Under the pieces are notes generated by a model. It was given only the letters and a program-made list of their open reading frames with translations. It searched no databases and had not been told where the DNA came from. DNA of 64,000 bases, from NCBI RefSeq assembly GCF_006345805.1, contig NC_043000.1, positions 119,412,001-119,476,000 of the forward strand. Direction: 5' to 3'. Source of the DNA: Octopus sinensis. Its lineage: Eukaryota. A program made the position numbers and the translations under genes. This document shows, piece by piece, positions 53,005-64,000 of the stretch (position 1 is its first letter; the number at the start of each line of letters is the position of its first letter).

Positions 53005-53605
53005 CCACACACACACACACATTCTATCAATTTTTCATATCAGAAATATTTTAAATCTGTGGGAGGGGGTATGTTTTAAGAGCCATCACCTCCCTCTGGC
53101 ACCCGTCATCTCCCATGAGCAGGTTCCTTCTACAACGGGGCCAGATTAAGGCCAACTAATACCCTAAGCTCAATCTCACACTGGTGTCCCCTAATCCCTT
53201 CTCAATAGAATGACACATTAATATCTAATAATCAACGAATATGGAAAAACAAGAAAGAAATAAAAAAAAAGCTCGGTCAAGTGTCGTCTGCTAAACCCTG
53301 AACCGATCGATGTCTTACGAGTGCGTTTGATAGACAGAAATTGTATGACAACCCGTCATACACACTCACACACACACACACGACGAGTTCCCATCATACA
53401 ATTTCTGTCTATATGTATGTATGTCTCTTTTTTTTTTAACTATTATAAATCTTCCCTTGAGGAGGGAGCCGGTTTCCAACAGAGATACAAGGCTCCATCT
53501 TTGGGATTTAGTTCACATAGGAAAATTCACATCTGGAACTTGAGAAGAGTCTTGCATATTTTTACTGTTCCATCCACAGATTGCACTTGCAGTATAATGC
53601 AATGC

Positions 53606-53609
53606 AATG

Positions 53610-53643
<34 letters not shown>

Positions 53644-53697
53644 TGTATGTATGTATGTATGTATGTATGTATGTATGTATGTATGTATGTATGTATG

Positions 53698-53728
<31 letters not shown>

Positions 53729-54170
53729 TTATGTATGTATGTATGTATGTATGTGTTATTTGTGTATGTTGTGTGTGTGTATGTATGTATGTATGTGTGT
53801 GTGTGTGTGTATGTAGTGTATGTTGGGTGTGTTGTGTGTATGTTGTAGTATGTATGGTGTGTATGTAGATATGTATGTATGTATGTATGTATGTATGTGT
53901 GTTGTATGTATGTATGTATGTATGTCTGTCTATGTATGTATGTATGTATGTATGTATGTATGGCATGCATGCATGCATGCATGTATGTATGTATGTATGT
54001 ATGTATGTATGTATGTATGTATGTGGTATGTATGTATGTGTGTATGTATGTATGGATGATGTATGTAGTGTAAGTATGTGTGTGTATGTAGTGTGTGTGA
54101 TGTATGTATGTATGTATGTATGTATGTATGTATGTATGTATGTATGTATGTATGTATTTATGTATCTATC
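53606..54170. repeat. (ATGT)n/(GT)n compound microsatellite
   Basis: Direct inspection. Similar arrays at ~16700-16890, 57177-57590 and 63885-64000; (AGAT)n at 3717-3812 and 58025-58230; (CT)n at 6410-6512 and 23955-24155. Confidence 0.97.
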
Positions 54171-54699
54171 TATCTATATACATACGAGGAGGGTGGGTGA
54201 TGAAATGTTCCTAACTTTGGCTAAAAGAAAATACAGAAGAATCAGTCAATTATGATTTTATTCAACCATTTGTTGCAGCTGTCCTTCTGGTTTTCTGAAA
54301 GAACTTGGAAGGTTGGACCTCCAACCAGACCTTTCGTGATACCCTTAAAGCCAGGAACCTTTCAGTGCGCCATCATAAGTATATATACAAATGTGTGTGT
54401 GTTTGGGTGTGTATGTGTGTGTGTGTGTGTGTGTACAGGCAATCCTTCGTATTGGTACACGACATCATTCACCCACACAACCTTTTTTTATGACGCAGGT
54501 AAAGAGGCTAGGCTAAAAAAAGAGGGTGAAAAACATCGTCTTATCACACCGAGACTGTAGACCAATACCGAAGGAACACCTGTGTATGTGTGTGTGCGTG
54601 CGTATTTGTGTGTTCTAGTCTTTTATGCATTTCATCCCAAAGGCTGTGGCCATGCTGGGGCACAGCTAGTACTATCACCTTTTCAATGACCATTTCTTT

Positions 54700-55110
54700 A
54701 GGGCGGCGAGCTGGCAGAATCGTTAGCATGCCGGGCGAAATGCTTAGCGGTATTTCGTCTGCCGCTACGTTCTGAGTTCAAATTCCGCCGAGGTCGACTT
54801 TGCCTTTCATCCTTTCGGGGTCGATTAAATAAGTAGCAGTTACGCACTGGGGTCGATATAATCGACTTAATCCGTTTGTCTGTCTTTGTTTGTCCTCCCT
54901 GTGTTTAGCTCCTTGTGGGTAGTAAAGAAATAGGTATTTCGTCTGTATTTACGTTCTGAGTTCAAATTACACCGAGGTCGACTTTGCCTTTCATCCTTTC
55001 GGAGTCGACAAATTAAATACTAGTCGCATACTGGAATCGATCTAATTGACTGGCCCCACCTCCCCAAAAATGTCGAGCCTTCAGCCTAGAGTAGAAAAGA
55101 ATGGCCATAC
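54700..55110 (+). mobile_element. SINE family A dimer; second unit has an alternative tail
   Basis: Junction AAAGAAATAGGTATTTCGTC at ~54925-54944. Other family A copies at ~5577-5795, 7355-7583, 17140-17340, 20110-20340, 21585-21710, 24555-24787, 26865-27080, 33640-34080, 41180-41570. Confidence 0.85.
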
Positions 55111-55173
55111 ACTTGAAAAAGTATTTTGGTGAAGAAAGGAATTAGACCTTGCTGCCCTTTGTTGAGTTTCTTA

Positions 55174-55438
55174 TCATGATATAGGTTCATCTGGGACCTT
55201 GTATAATGGGAGGTCAAGTTGTTTCTTGAAAACATCTACCCCTATTCCATGCCAATCTCGCAGATATTCTGACAAGATTTTAAAAAGCTTTTGGGCCTCT
55301 GAATCCCAAGCTATTGCAGTACATGGTCCTCGCTCCAGACGGGATGGCTGGGACCTTTGGAACAGTGCAGTGACGTCCATTTCGTGGGCTGGTATATCTC
55401 TTGATGCCAAAGTTTGGTGCCAACCCCCTAGGATCTTC

Positions 55439-55440
<2 letters not shown>
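55174..55440 (-). pseudogene. CR1/L2-group LINE ORF2 C-terminal fragment
   Basis: ..KLFKILSEYLRDWHGIGVDVFKKQLDL.LYKVPDEP, typical of CR1-group C-termini. Confidence 0.7.
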
Positions 55441-55469
<29 letters not shown>

Positions 55470-55470
<1 letters not shown>

Positions 55471-56165
55471 ACGAGGAGGTACCCAAAAGTAACTCGGAAA
55501 CGTTCTCTGTGGGACAACCACCCCCCTTGTAGTTTAGGCTTTCGCCGCTAGAAGCGACTTGATGCGACCCTCAGGCATCTGTCTGCCGACCGGCGGTGTC
55601 TGGGAGGGGGGGCGTACTGTCACGTTGTGCGTCTTTGTTTTGCAGTGCTTCTCCCTTGTTCTTCGATTTTTACGATGGCTGAAACGAAGGAACAGCGTGC
55701 TTCTGTGAAATTCTGTTTTCTGCTGGGGGGAAAACGACGACTGAAACAGTTGTCATGCTTCTAACAGCTTACAAGGACGCTGCCATGAGCAAAACAAGTT
55801 TACAACTGGTTCTCATGCTTTAGGAATGGTTACTTGTCGCTTGAAGGCCAACTTCGTTCAGGACGATCGACGACCTCCTGAACGAATGGAAACATTACAA
55901 AAATTCATGATCTGATCTTGGACGACCGTCGCTGAACAATTGGCGAACATGTTGATATGACTGGTATGTTTTAGAGCTGCTACCAACGAAATTTGAGCGA
56001 GGAATTGCGAATGGAAAGAGTTGCAGCAAAATTCGTACCTCGTTTACTCACGGAAGTGTGAGACAGTTTTTGACCAAATGGCATGACCCTGTTGACCCAC
56101 TCTCACAGTTCACCCGACCTTGCTCCCTGCGACATTTTTTCTTTTTTGTTCCCCTGAATGAAAAA
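55470..56165 (+). mobile_element. Decayed mariner element with internal deletion
   Basis: TACGAGG.. terminus; from ATG 55675 EQRASVKFCFLLG..ETVVML..AYKDAAMSK; AKFVPRLLT; SPDLAPCD-like motif near 56110. Confidence 0.8.
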
Positions 56166-56634
56166 ATTTATATATATATATAATATCTCTTCTCTCTCCA
56201 CGTGACCAGTGTTCGGCCGGGCCTGACCTTTCTTTCTTGGTCGGACTACTGTCCGTGCAACATCTATATTCCTTTCTGTGCTTGTTAAATATTATGGCTC
56301 TGCCGAAAAGCTTTACTTCCACACACGCCAGTTTAATTTAATTCGTCCTTAGTCGAAAGGCACCTGTTGTTATTTCCTGATATTTGTATTTGTCTAACAT
56401 TTCTGTATACATTCGCTGCTTTCTTCCAAGGAATGTAATGCTCTTAGCTTATTTTTCCTTGGGGCTGGCCAGATTGGAGCAATCTCGAGTATAACCAGCC
56501 GAATGTGCAAAGATAATCTGGAACTCGACTGAGGATAGAAAACTCCGAATGATCCATCCTTGTTTTCCTCGTATCGTCTGTCTGGATGTTTTGCGTTCTT
56601 GTCCCATTTTTGTATTATATATATATATATATAT

Positions 56635-56888
56635 CGTTGCTATTATGCAAAAGTGTCGTAAGTCCAAAACGTTGCTTTTTCAGAGAACGGAAAAAATAGT
56701 TTCACCATAGCAAAATCGTTATACTACACCTTGAAAAATTTTTTGTATCTTGGTATCTGAAGCAGCTGAAGATACGATAGATTGATGAAAAGAACCGGCT
56801 ATTACAAACAAAAATAAATATTGAAAAAAAAAAAAAAAAACTCGCATTTGGCCAAATTTTGACATACGACAGTTTAGCATAATAGCAA

Positions 56889-56890
<2 letters not shown>
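56635..56890. mobile_element. MITE with ~30-bp TIRs in a (TA)n tract
   Basis: C(G/T)TTGCTATTATGC.AAA.TGTCGTA at both ends in inverted orientation. Confidence 0.75.
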
Positions 56891-56943
<53 letters not shown>

Positions 56944-57490
56944 CATATTTGTGTGTGTATTTGCAGATTTGTATATTCTCACGCATATAGTTGCATATCT
57001 AGACATGTTCATATATATTTAAATGATAATATTCTGGAAAATTTTACAGATTTTTACAGTTCCAGTGATGGATTGGATCTGTAGTCTTCGAATCAGCTTT
57101 CTCCTTTCTGGTTTTGAGAAGCCTAATTTCTCATGATAGGTATTTAGGCAGTGTGTTACATATCCCAGGGTCCTAGTATGTATGTATGTATGTATGTATG
57201 TATGTATGTATGTATGTATGTATGTATGTGTATGTATGTATGTATGTATGTACGTGCGCGTGTGTGTATGTATGTGTGTATGTGTGTGCGTATGTATGTA
57301 TGTATGTATGAATGTGTGTATTATGTATGCATGTATGTATGTGCGTGTGTGTATCTATGTATGTGTGTGTATGTATGTATGTATGTATGTGTGTGTGTAT
57401 GTATGTATGTACGTACCTATGTATGTATGTGTGTATGTATGTATGAATGTATGTATGTATGTGCGTGCGCGTGTATGTATGTATGTATGA

Positions 57491-57521
<31 letters not shown>

Positions 57522-58028
57522 TGTATGTATGTATGTGTGTATGTATGCATGTATGAGTTTATGTGTATGCATGTATGTAAATATGTGTGTCTGTAGGTGT
57601 ATCATCAAACAGAACCCCATCCATAGCCACAGGCTCTGGTTTAGTCATGATATAAACAGCTAAACCATCAAGCACAAGTTTAAAAGACAATGTATGTGTG
57701 ACAAGGAGAGAGAGAGAGGGGGGGAGAGAGGGAGAGAGAGAGAGGGGGAGAGAGAGAGAGAGAGGGGGGGAGAGAGAGGTGAGGTGGGACTGAGAGAATT
57801 ACGAATTAATCTGCTACGTCATCATCATCATCATCATTACCACCACCATCAAAAGCAGTTGTAAGCATCGACGATATATATGCAAATATGTAAATAGTAC
57901 TTACTCCTTTGTATGAGCTGAGTCACAAATACAAACGGGTACCATTTTAGAAATGTTTTCTTACTCTTGCACATATTTTTTCACAGATAGAATAAGTGTG
58001 TATGTATAAGTATTTATGTGCACGTCTG

Positions 58029-58216
<188 letters not shown>

Positions 58217-58618
58217 ATTATCTATCTATCTAATTAGCATGATCCTATGAACCCAGAAATTGAAAACAGAGAGTTGCTTATTCGCAAAAAAAAAAAAAAA
58301 AAATGAAATATAACATGTGACCCCATTGACCGAGGTTACCGTGGTCTTTTCCGTAGGCTTTTCTTTCCACGGGTTAACCTCACCTGTCCTCCCCTTTACA
58401 CTTCATATTGACATTTCTGTGATAACGATCCCTATTCAATTTTTTTTTCCTCTCCCCCTTTTTTTAACCCCCCCTTTTTTTGTCCTCTTTCTCTCCTTTT
58501 ACGATCCCTTTTGATCGAAACTCCCCCCTTTTTTTTTTTTTTTAAACCTTCAAAAGAAAAGCTCTACCTTGTAATTTATTCTATCTGTGTGCAGCCCTGT
58601 GTGGCTAATAAAGAAACA

Positions 58619-58651
<33 letters not shown>

Positions 58652-59254
58652 GTCTGTCTGTTTGTCTACCTGTCTGTCTTTCTGTCTGTCTATCTGTCTA
58701 TCTATCTATGTATCTATCTATCTAACTCTCTGTCTATCTATCTGTATGTTTGTCTGCCTGCCTGTCTGTCTATTTATCTCTCACTCTTTCTCTCTCTTCT
58801 TTTCCTCTTCCTTCTTCTTCTTCTTCTTCTTCTTCTTCTTCTTCTGTTGATCTAGTCGACCCCAGTACTTATTTTAATTTTCTTTCTGAAAGTGGTTCTT
58901 TCGGTCTTTTTTGCCGAATTGCTAAGTTACTGGGATGCAAACACACCATCAACGATTGTCAAGCGATGAAGAGGAACAAAGTCGCGCACACGCTCGCACT
59001 CATACACACACAGACACACACACGACGGCCTTCTTTGAGTTTCCGTCTACCAGATCCACTCACAAGGCTTTGGTCGACCCGAGGTTATAACAAAAAAATA
59101 TTTTCCCACGGTGCTACATAGTAGATCTGAACCCGAAACCATGTGGTTGGGAAGCAAAGTTCTTGCCACAGAACTACGCCTCAGCCTATTCTTTTCTTAT
59201 TTATCTCTCTCTCTTATTTTTTTTTTCTTCCCGTAAATAATTTAAAGAGACTGA

Positions 59255-59693
59255 GGATCTTTTCGGTTTGAACGGCAGTTTTTTTCTAGCGGTGTCATAT
59301 GAAATTGTCACCCATAATTATGACCCTAGAATCGATCTATTGCATTTCAATCTCTTTTAGGGTTAGGGTTAGTTAGGGTTAGGGTTATGGTTAGGGGTGG
59401 GGAAGGGTATCGTTTTTTTCTTCACAAATGTAAATAAACTCAATCTGTTTCTTAAACGAGGGACATATTCATACGGCACAGAATGCTTTTTAACTCAATA
59501 GACGTCACTGATTGGTTGAAATTGCAGAAATTGAAGAAAAAAAACAACAAATATCTTACAAACTATAGAATTTTCTCAATAAAGCCAACAGAAAAAGATG
59601 TTTTATAAATACATTCTACCAGTATACGAAGTTTAAAATTTCTTAGTTACCTAGAAATTATGTTAAAAACTGCCATTCAAACCGAAAAGATCC
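59255..59693. mobile_element. Merlin-like MITE family 1 with internal TTAGGG repeats
   Basis: ~28-bp TIR GGATCTTTTCGGTTTGAACGGCAGTTTT; perfect 8-bp TSD GAGACTGA. GG-start TIR plus 8-bp TSD suggests Merlin (inference). Confidence 0.85.
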
Positions 59694-60385
59694 GAGACTG
59701 ATAATTTCATCGCTGAATGTCTGTGACTTCTTGTTTAACTTAGAAATCGGTTGTCACACATGAACGTATTTCTTCTTGCTCCCTGTCGTCAAGACGAAAC
59801 CGAGCTATCGTCTGCCACTCTGGTGAAAATTACAGCTATCGTTTTTAGGACAGGTAAAGAGACGGAAAAGAAGGATTAAAGAAGAAAGGCAAAAGGAATG
59901 AAAAGCGGTATGGAAAGAGAAAAAAAAAGTTATCATTCAGACAGATGAATCATAGTTTCATATTTAACAATTGTCTATGTCAGCCAAGGTCACTGTGACT
60001 TTGCATAACACAATCAGCTCATAACTTTATCTTTAAAAATAAAAAACAACCCCACTACAAACAAAGACAAAAACAAATTATAGGCTCCTTCGTCAATCTA
60101 TTTTTACACCCTGTCCATTAATACGCATTGACAAATGATTATGATATTGCCTTGTGATAAGAAATTGTGTAACTGTGTTATTAAATCAATTGCATTTACT
60201 ATTTGTTCGAGGGACCACTGTATAATTGGTAAGTGTTTCATTATGTGAAATTTTTCTGTTACAATCCAGCTTGGAGAGCATACTAAACTGCCCTAGAGAC
60301 GTTGCGTGAAAAACTTCTGTGAAAAACTTGACTAGATCAACAACGACTCTAGATTTAACCCTTTCGCTTTCAGATTACTCTATTA

Positions 60386-60894
60386 GGATCTTTTCAGGAT
60401 CTTTTCGGTTTGAACGGCAGTTTTTAACATAATTTCTAGGTAACTAAAAAATTTAAAACTTCGTATACTGGTAGAATGTGTTTATAAAACATCTTTTTCT
60501 CTTGGCTTTATTGAGAAAATTCTATAGTTTGTAAGATATTTGTTGTTTTTTTCTTCAAATTCTGCAATTTCAACCAATCAGTGACGTCTATTGAGTTAAA
60601 AAGCATTCTGTACCGTATGAATATGTCCCTCGTTTAAGAAACAGATTGGGTATATTTACATTTCTGAAGAAAAAAAGATACCCTTCCCCCACCCCTAACC
60701 CTAACCCTAAAAGAGATTGAAATGCAATAGATCGATACTAGGGTCATAATTATGGGTGACAATTTCATATGACACCGCTAGAAAAAACTGCCGTTCAAAC
60801 CAAAATGTTCCTCTTTTCACTTAGTATACGAAGTTTAAGTGTTTAGTTACTAAGAAACTATTTTTAAAATCTGCTGGTCAAAGTGAAAAGATCC
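60386..60894. mobile_element. Short Merlin-like MITE (outer, ~90 bp without the insert)
   Basis: GGATCTTTTCAC / GTGAAAAGATCC ends; TSD CTCTATTA at 60378-60385 and 60895-60902. Confidence 0.8.
60397..60811. mobile_element. Merlin-like MITE family 1, nested
   Basis: Reverse orientation; TSD TCTTTTCA at 60389-60396 and 60812-60819. Confidence 0.85.
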
Positions 60895-61104
60895 CTCTAT
60901 TAAATGTGATACTCTTTTTGTTTTTGACTGCGGCCATGCTGGAGCACTGCTTTCAGTCGAGCAAATCGACCCCCAGGATTTATTCTTTGTAAGCCTAGTA
61001 CTTATTCTATCGGTCTCTTTTGTCGAACGGCTAAGTTACGGGGATGTAAACACACCAGCATCGGTTGTCAAGTGATGTTGGTGTGGGGGACAAACACAGA
61101 CACA

Positions 61105-61156
<52 letters not shown>

Positions 61157-62316
61157 CATATATAAGACGGGCTTCTTTCAGTTTCCGTCTACCAAATCCA
61201 CTCACAAAGCTTTGGTCGGCCCAAGGCTATATAGTAGAAGACACTTGTCCATGGTGCCACGCAGTGGGACTGAACCCGGAAGTGTGGTTGGTAAGCAAGC
61301 TACTTACCACACAGGCTTATTTATTGACATCGTTTCAAGATTTTAATGATGTAATTGTTTGTTTTTAGAATGACTTTGTTGGGTAAGTGTGAGAGGCATT
61401 ATCCGGCCTGCTTGACTATAAAACAGGCAGTATATTTGGGTCTGATATGACCGGTTTAAATCATTAAGGGCTAAAGGTTGTTACATAGATTACGGAGTCA
61501 AGGTTTTAACTGACATTTTCAAGCCCCGTAAAGACTAGTTAAGATAATGAAACATGGGGTATGAGACGTTTTGGCGTTGGCGCCTCCTATTTAGTGTCAT
61601 TCATATGGCTGAGAAACTTGTTTAAGCTTTGCTCTAATGATCTTGTAAATGTTCGAGACATCCTTCCCCAAAGAAACCTGTCGTGTGTGTGTGTGAGTAT
61701 GTAAGCGTGTATAATGTATTTGGCATCCATCGACTCTCTTTACTCTTTTACTTGCTTCAGTCATTTGACTGTGGCCATGCTGGAGCACCACCTTTAGTCG
61801 AGCAAATCGACCTCGGGACTTATTCTTTTTAGGCCTAGTACTTATTCGGTCTCTCATGCCGAACCGCTAAGTTACGGGGACGTAAACACACCAGCATCGG
61901 TCGTCAAGCGAGTTTGGGGGGGACAAACACAGACACACAAACATATCCACTTTTATTATTTTACCATATCCCTATTGCTGCTTGTCAATTTCAATGTTCC
62001 TCTATCGACTTCTTTGTTTTCCTTTGCTTTTCAAGTGTCCCTAACTCACACCAACTCATATCCTTCCCCATATTTTTAAGATAAAGCCTACCGTACCATT
62101 AGAGTTGTATAAGTTATGAGAAAAGAACAAAAAGAAGACACTACAGTAAGATCTAATTTGCCTGGCAGTCATTGTTTTATCTTGTTCACAAACACCTTCA
62201 TTTACTACTTTCGCTTCCGGTACAATTGTAGTACAATTGTAAACACTACATCTCTCTCACTCTTCTGTATATTAACGACCTACTTCTGTTACTTTCAACA
62301 ATATACATTACCAAGT

Positions 62317-62613
62317 GTGGAGGTGCAATGGCCCAGTGGTTAGGGCAGCGGACTCGCGGTTTCGATTCCCAGACCGGGCGTTATGAGTGTTTATTGAGCG
62401 AAAACACCTAAAGCTCTATGAGGCTCCGGCAGGGAGTGGTGGCAATCCCTACTGTACTCTTTCGCCACAACTTACTCTCACTCTTTCTTCTGTTGGTCTG
62501 CTCGCTTAGCCAGCGGGGTGGTGTCATTTGAAGGCTAAAACAATGGAAAGCGCATTGTGACCAGCGACGTGTAGCAACATCTGATAGCCTGGTCGGTGAC
62601 GGTGATCACGGTG
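62317..62613 (+). mobile_element. SINE family D head with a different 3' tail
   Basis: Shares head and body up to ..CTCTCACTCTT, then an unrelated tail; 12-bp TSD ACATTACCAAGT. Confidence 0.88.
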
Positions 62614-63085
62614 ACATTACCAAGTAGGTAATTCTTCTTTTTAGAACTCCTTCATCTATTGTATATCAAACCTCAGATATACGTAACCAAGACGTCTGTA
62701 AAACCGCAGGCATACTTCTTCCATTTGTTCCTTTTAACAGTGGATAACTAGTTATGCATTTGTAAGAAGACAATATATCTGTTTACTATGTTTAGTTTTG
62801 TAAAACACAAAATTAAAACTTACAAATATTGTCTCACAATTTCTGATATCTAATGTTGATCCTGAAGCAGGTTGCCATTCTTGCATCTTTTAACTACCCT
62901 ACTATTTATCTTTGATCTTTTATCTTTTTACTTGTTTCAGTCAATAGACTGTGGCCATGGTGGAGCACCGCCTTGAAGAACTTTTAGTCGAGTGAATGGA
63001 CCTCAGTACTCGTTTTTAAGTCTTGAAGGATTTAGTTGAACAATTTCACCGCAGTCCTTACAAGACTGAGCCAGAAAGTAGTGCA

Positions 63086-63404
63086 GGATCTTTACCTTTG
63101 ACCTACAGATTTAAAAAATAATTTTTTGTAACTAAACACTTTCAAACTTCGGACACTGGTAGAATGTGTCATATAAAACATCTTTTACTCTTAGTATTTT
63201 TGAGAAAAACTTATATTCACGAAGTTATTTCATGTTAAAGTAGTCCTGTTTCAGTAATTTCAACCAATCAATGACGTGTGTTCAGCTGAATAAAATTACT
63301 GTGAAAGATGTTTTATATGACACGTTCTACCAGTGTACGAAGTTTGAAAGTGTTTTGTCACAAAAAATTATTTTAAAAATCTGTCGGTCAAAAGGTAAAG
63401 ATCC
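63086..63404. mobile_element. Merlin-like MITE family 2
   Basis: TIR GGATCTTTACCTTT(T)GACC..CAGATTT; TSD GTAGTGCA / GTTGTGCA; one-ended copy at ~44418-44638. Confidence 0.82.
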
Positions 63405-64000
63405 GTTGTGCAAATAGAAACTGCCTTACTTACTGACTCACCATCGCATTTAAGCCTGGTACTTATTCGATCAGCATATTTTGTCGAACTGCCAGTTACA
63501 GGAACGTTAAACAAACCAACAACCAGTATTGCTAAGCATTTTGCCCGTCGTGCTAACGATTCTACCAGTTCGCTGCCTTATTGCCAATCGTTACTGATTA
63601 TTAAAGACCATTGCTAATCATTAACAAACGAATACTTTATTTGATAGCATAAAAAAGCATACGGTACTTTTGGGATGTCTCACCCCTCATTAAAAAATTG
63701 GGTTATCTCCCCCCACCCATTTTACGAGAAATATCAGTGCTTTTGGTTATCTCCTTCAACTAAAAAAATTGTTTAACCCTCAATAATAATTTTTGGCGAT
63801 GTTTCGCTTGTCGTAGCACACGTTTCCGTCGATTTCCTCCATCGATTGTCGATTTCCTTAAAAAATGTAAACACTGAATCGGCCATACATACATACATAC
63901 ATACATACATACACACATACATACACACACACATACATACACACACATACATAGATACATACACACACACATACATGCAGACATACATATACACATACAC

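Larger units (their letters stand above)
60359..61470. mobile_element. piggyBac-like MITE hosting three nested insertions
   Basis: TTAA|CCCTT start, AAGGG|CTAA end; body matches the uninterrupted degenerate copy at ~40620-40850, which is TTAA-flanked. Confidence 0.65.

Noticed and set aside
54760-54900. HDV-like ribozyme in the SINE A body (GG-GTCGAT/ATCGAC-CTTAA)
   Set aside because: A P4-like hairpin is present, but no P3/L3 with the required geometry could be built.
59355-59402. Telomerase RNA template or true telomere
   Set aside because: The TTAGGG/CCCTAA tracts lie inside a multi-copy MITE with TIRs and TSDs.

Overview
AT-rich, repeat-dense animal genomic DNA. The SINE families and the (AC)n/(AT)n/(ATAC)n/(AAT)n microsatellite load point to an octopus or another coleoid cephalopod (inference). 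No host protein-coding gene can be supported, and most tracked ORFs are microsatellite translations. Supportable content: (1) a near-full-length, frameshifted Neptune-type Penelope-like retroelement (RT + GIY-YIG, ~7.8-11.8 kb) whose 3' pseudo-LTR carries five fixed-spacing CCAAT/CRE modules, a TATA/Inr/Kozak/splice-donor cassette and a minimal hammerhead ribozyme with a U3:A8 variant core; (2) an intact tRNA-Ile(AAT) gene; (3) decayed mariner, Tc1, hAT, RTE, CR1/L2, R4/Dong and Gypsy fragments and a probable solo LTR; (4) non-autonomous Helitrons, 8-bp-TSD Merlin-like MITEs (one nested in another), and piggyBac- and pogo-like MITEs; (5) several tRNA-derived SINE families, one repeatedly present as head-less tandem multimers with a constant junction; (6) a 47-52 kb pile-up of an (AAT)n-associated non-coding retroposon beside R4/Dong 3' ends; (7) a largely repeat-free, CpG-richer stretch at ~34.8-36.25 kb with promoter/enhancer-like motifs. 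All family names come from visual motif recognition, not database searches.
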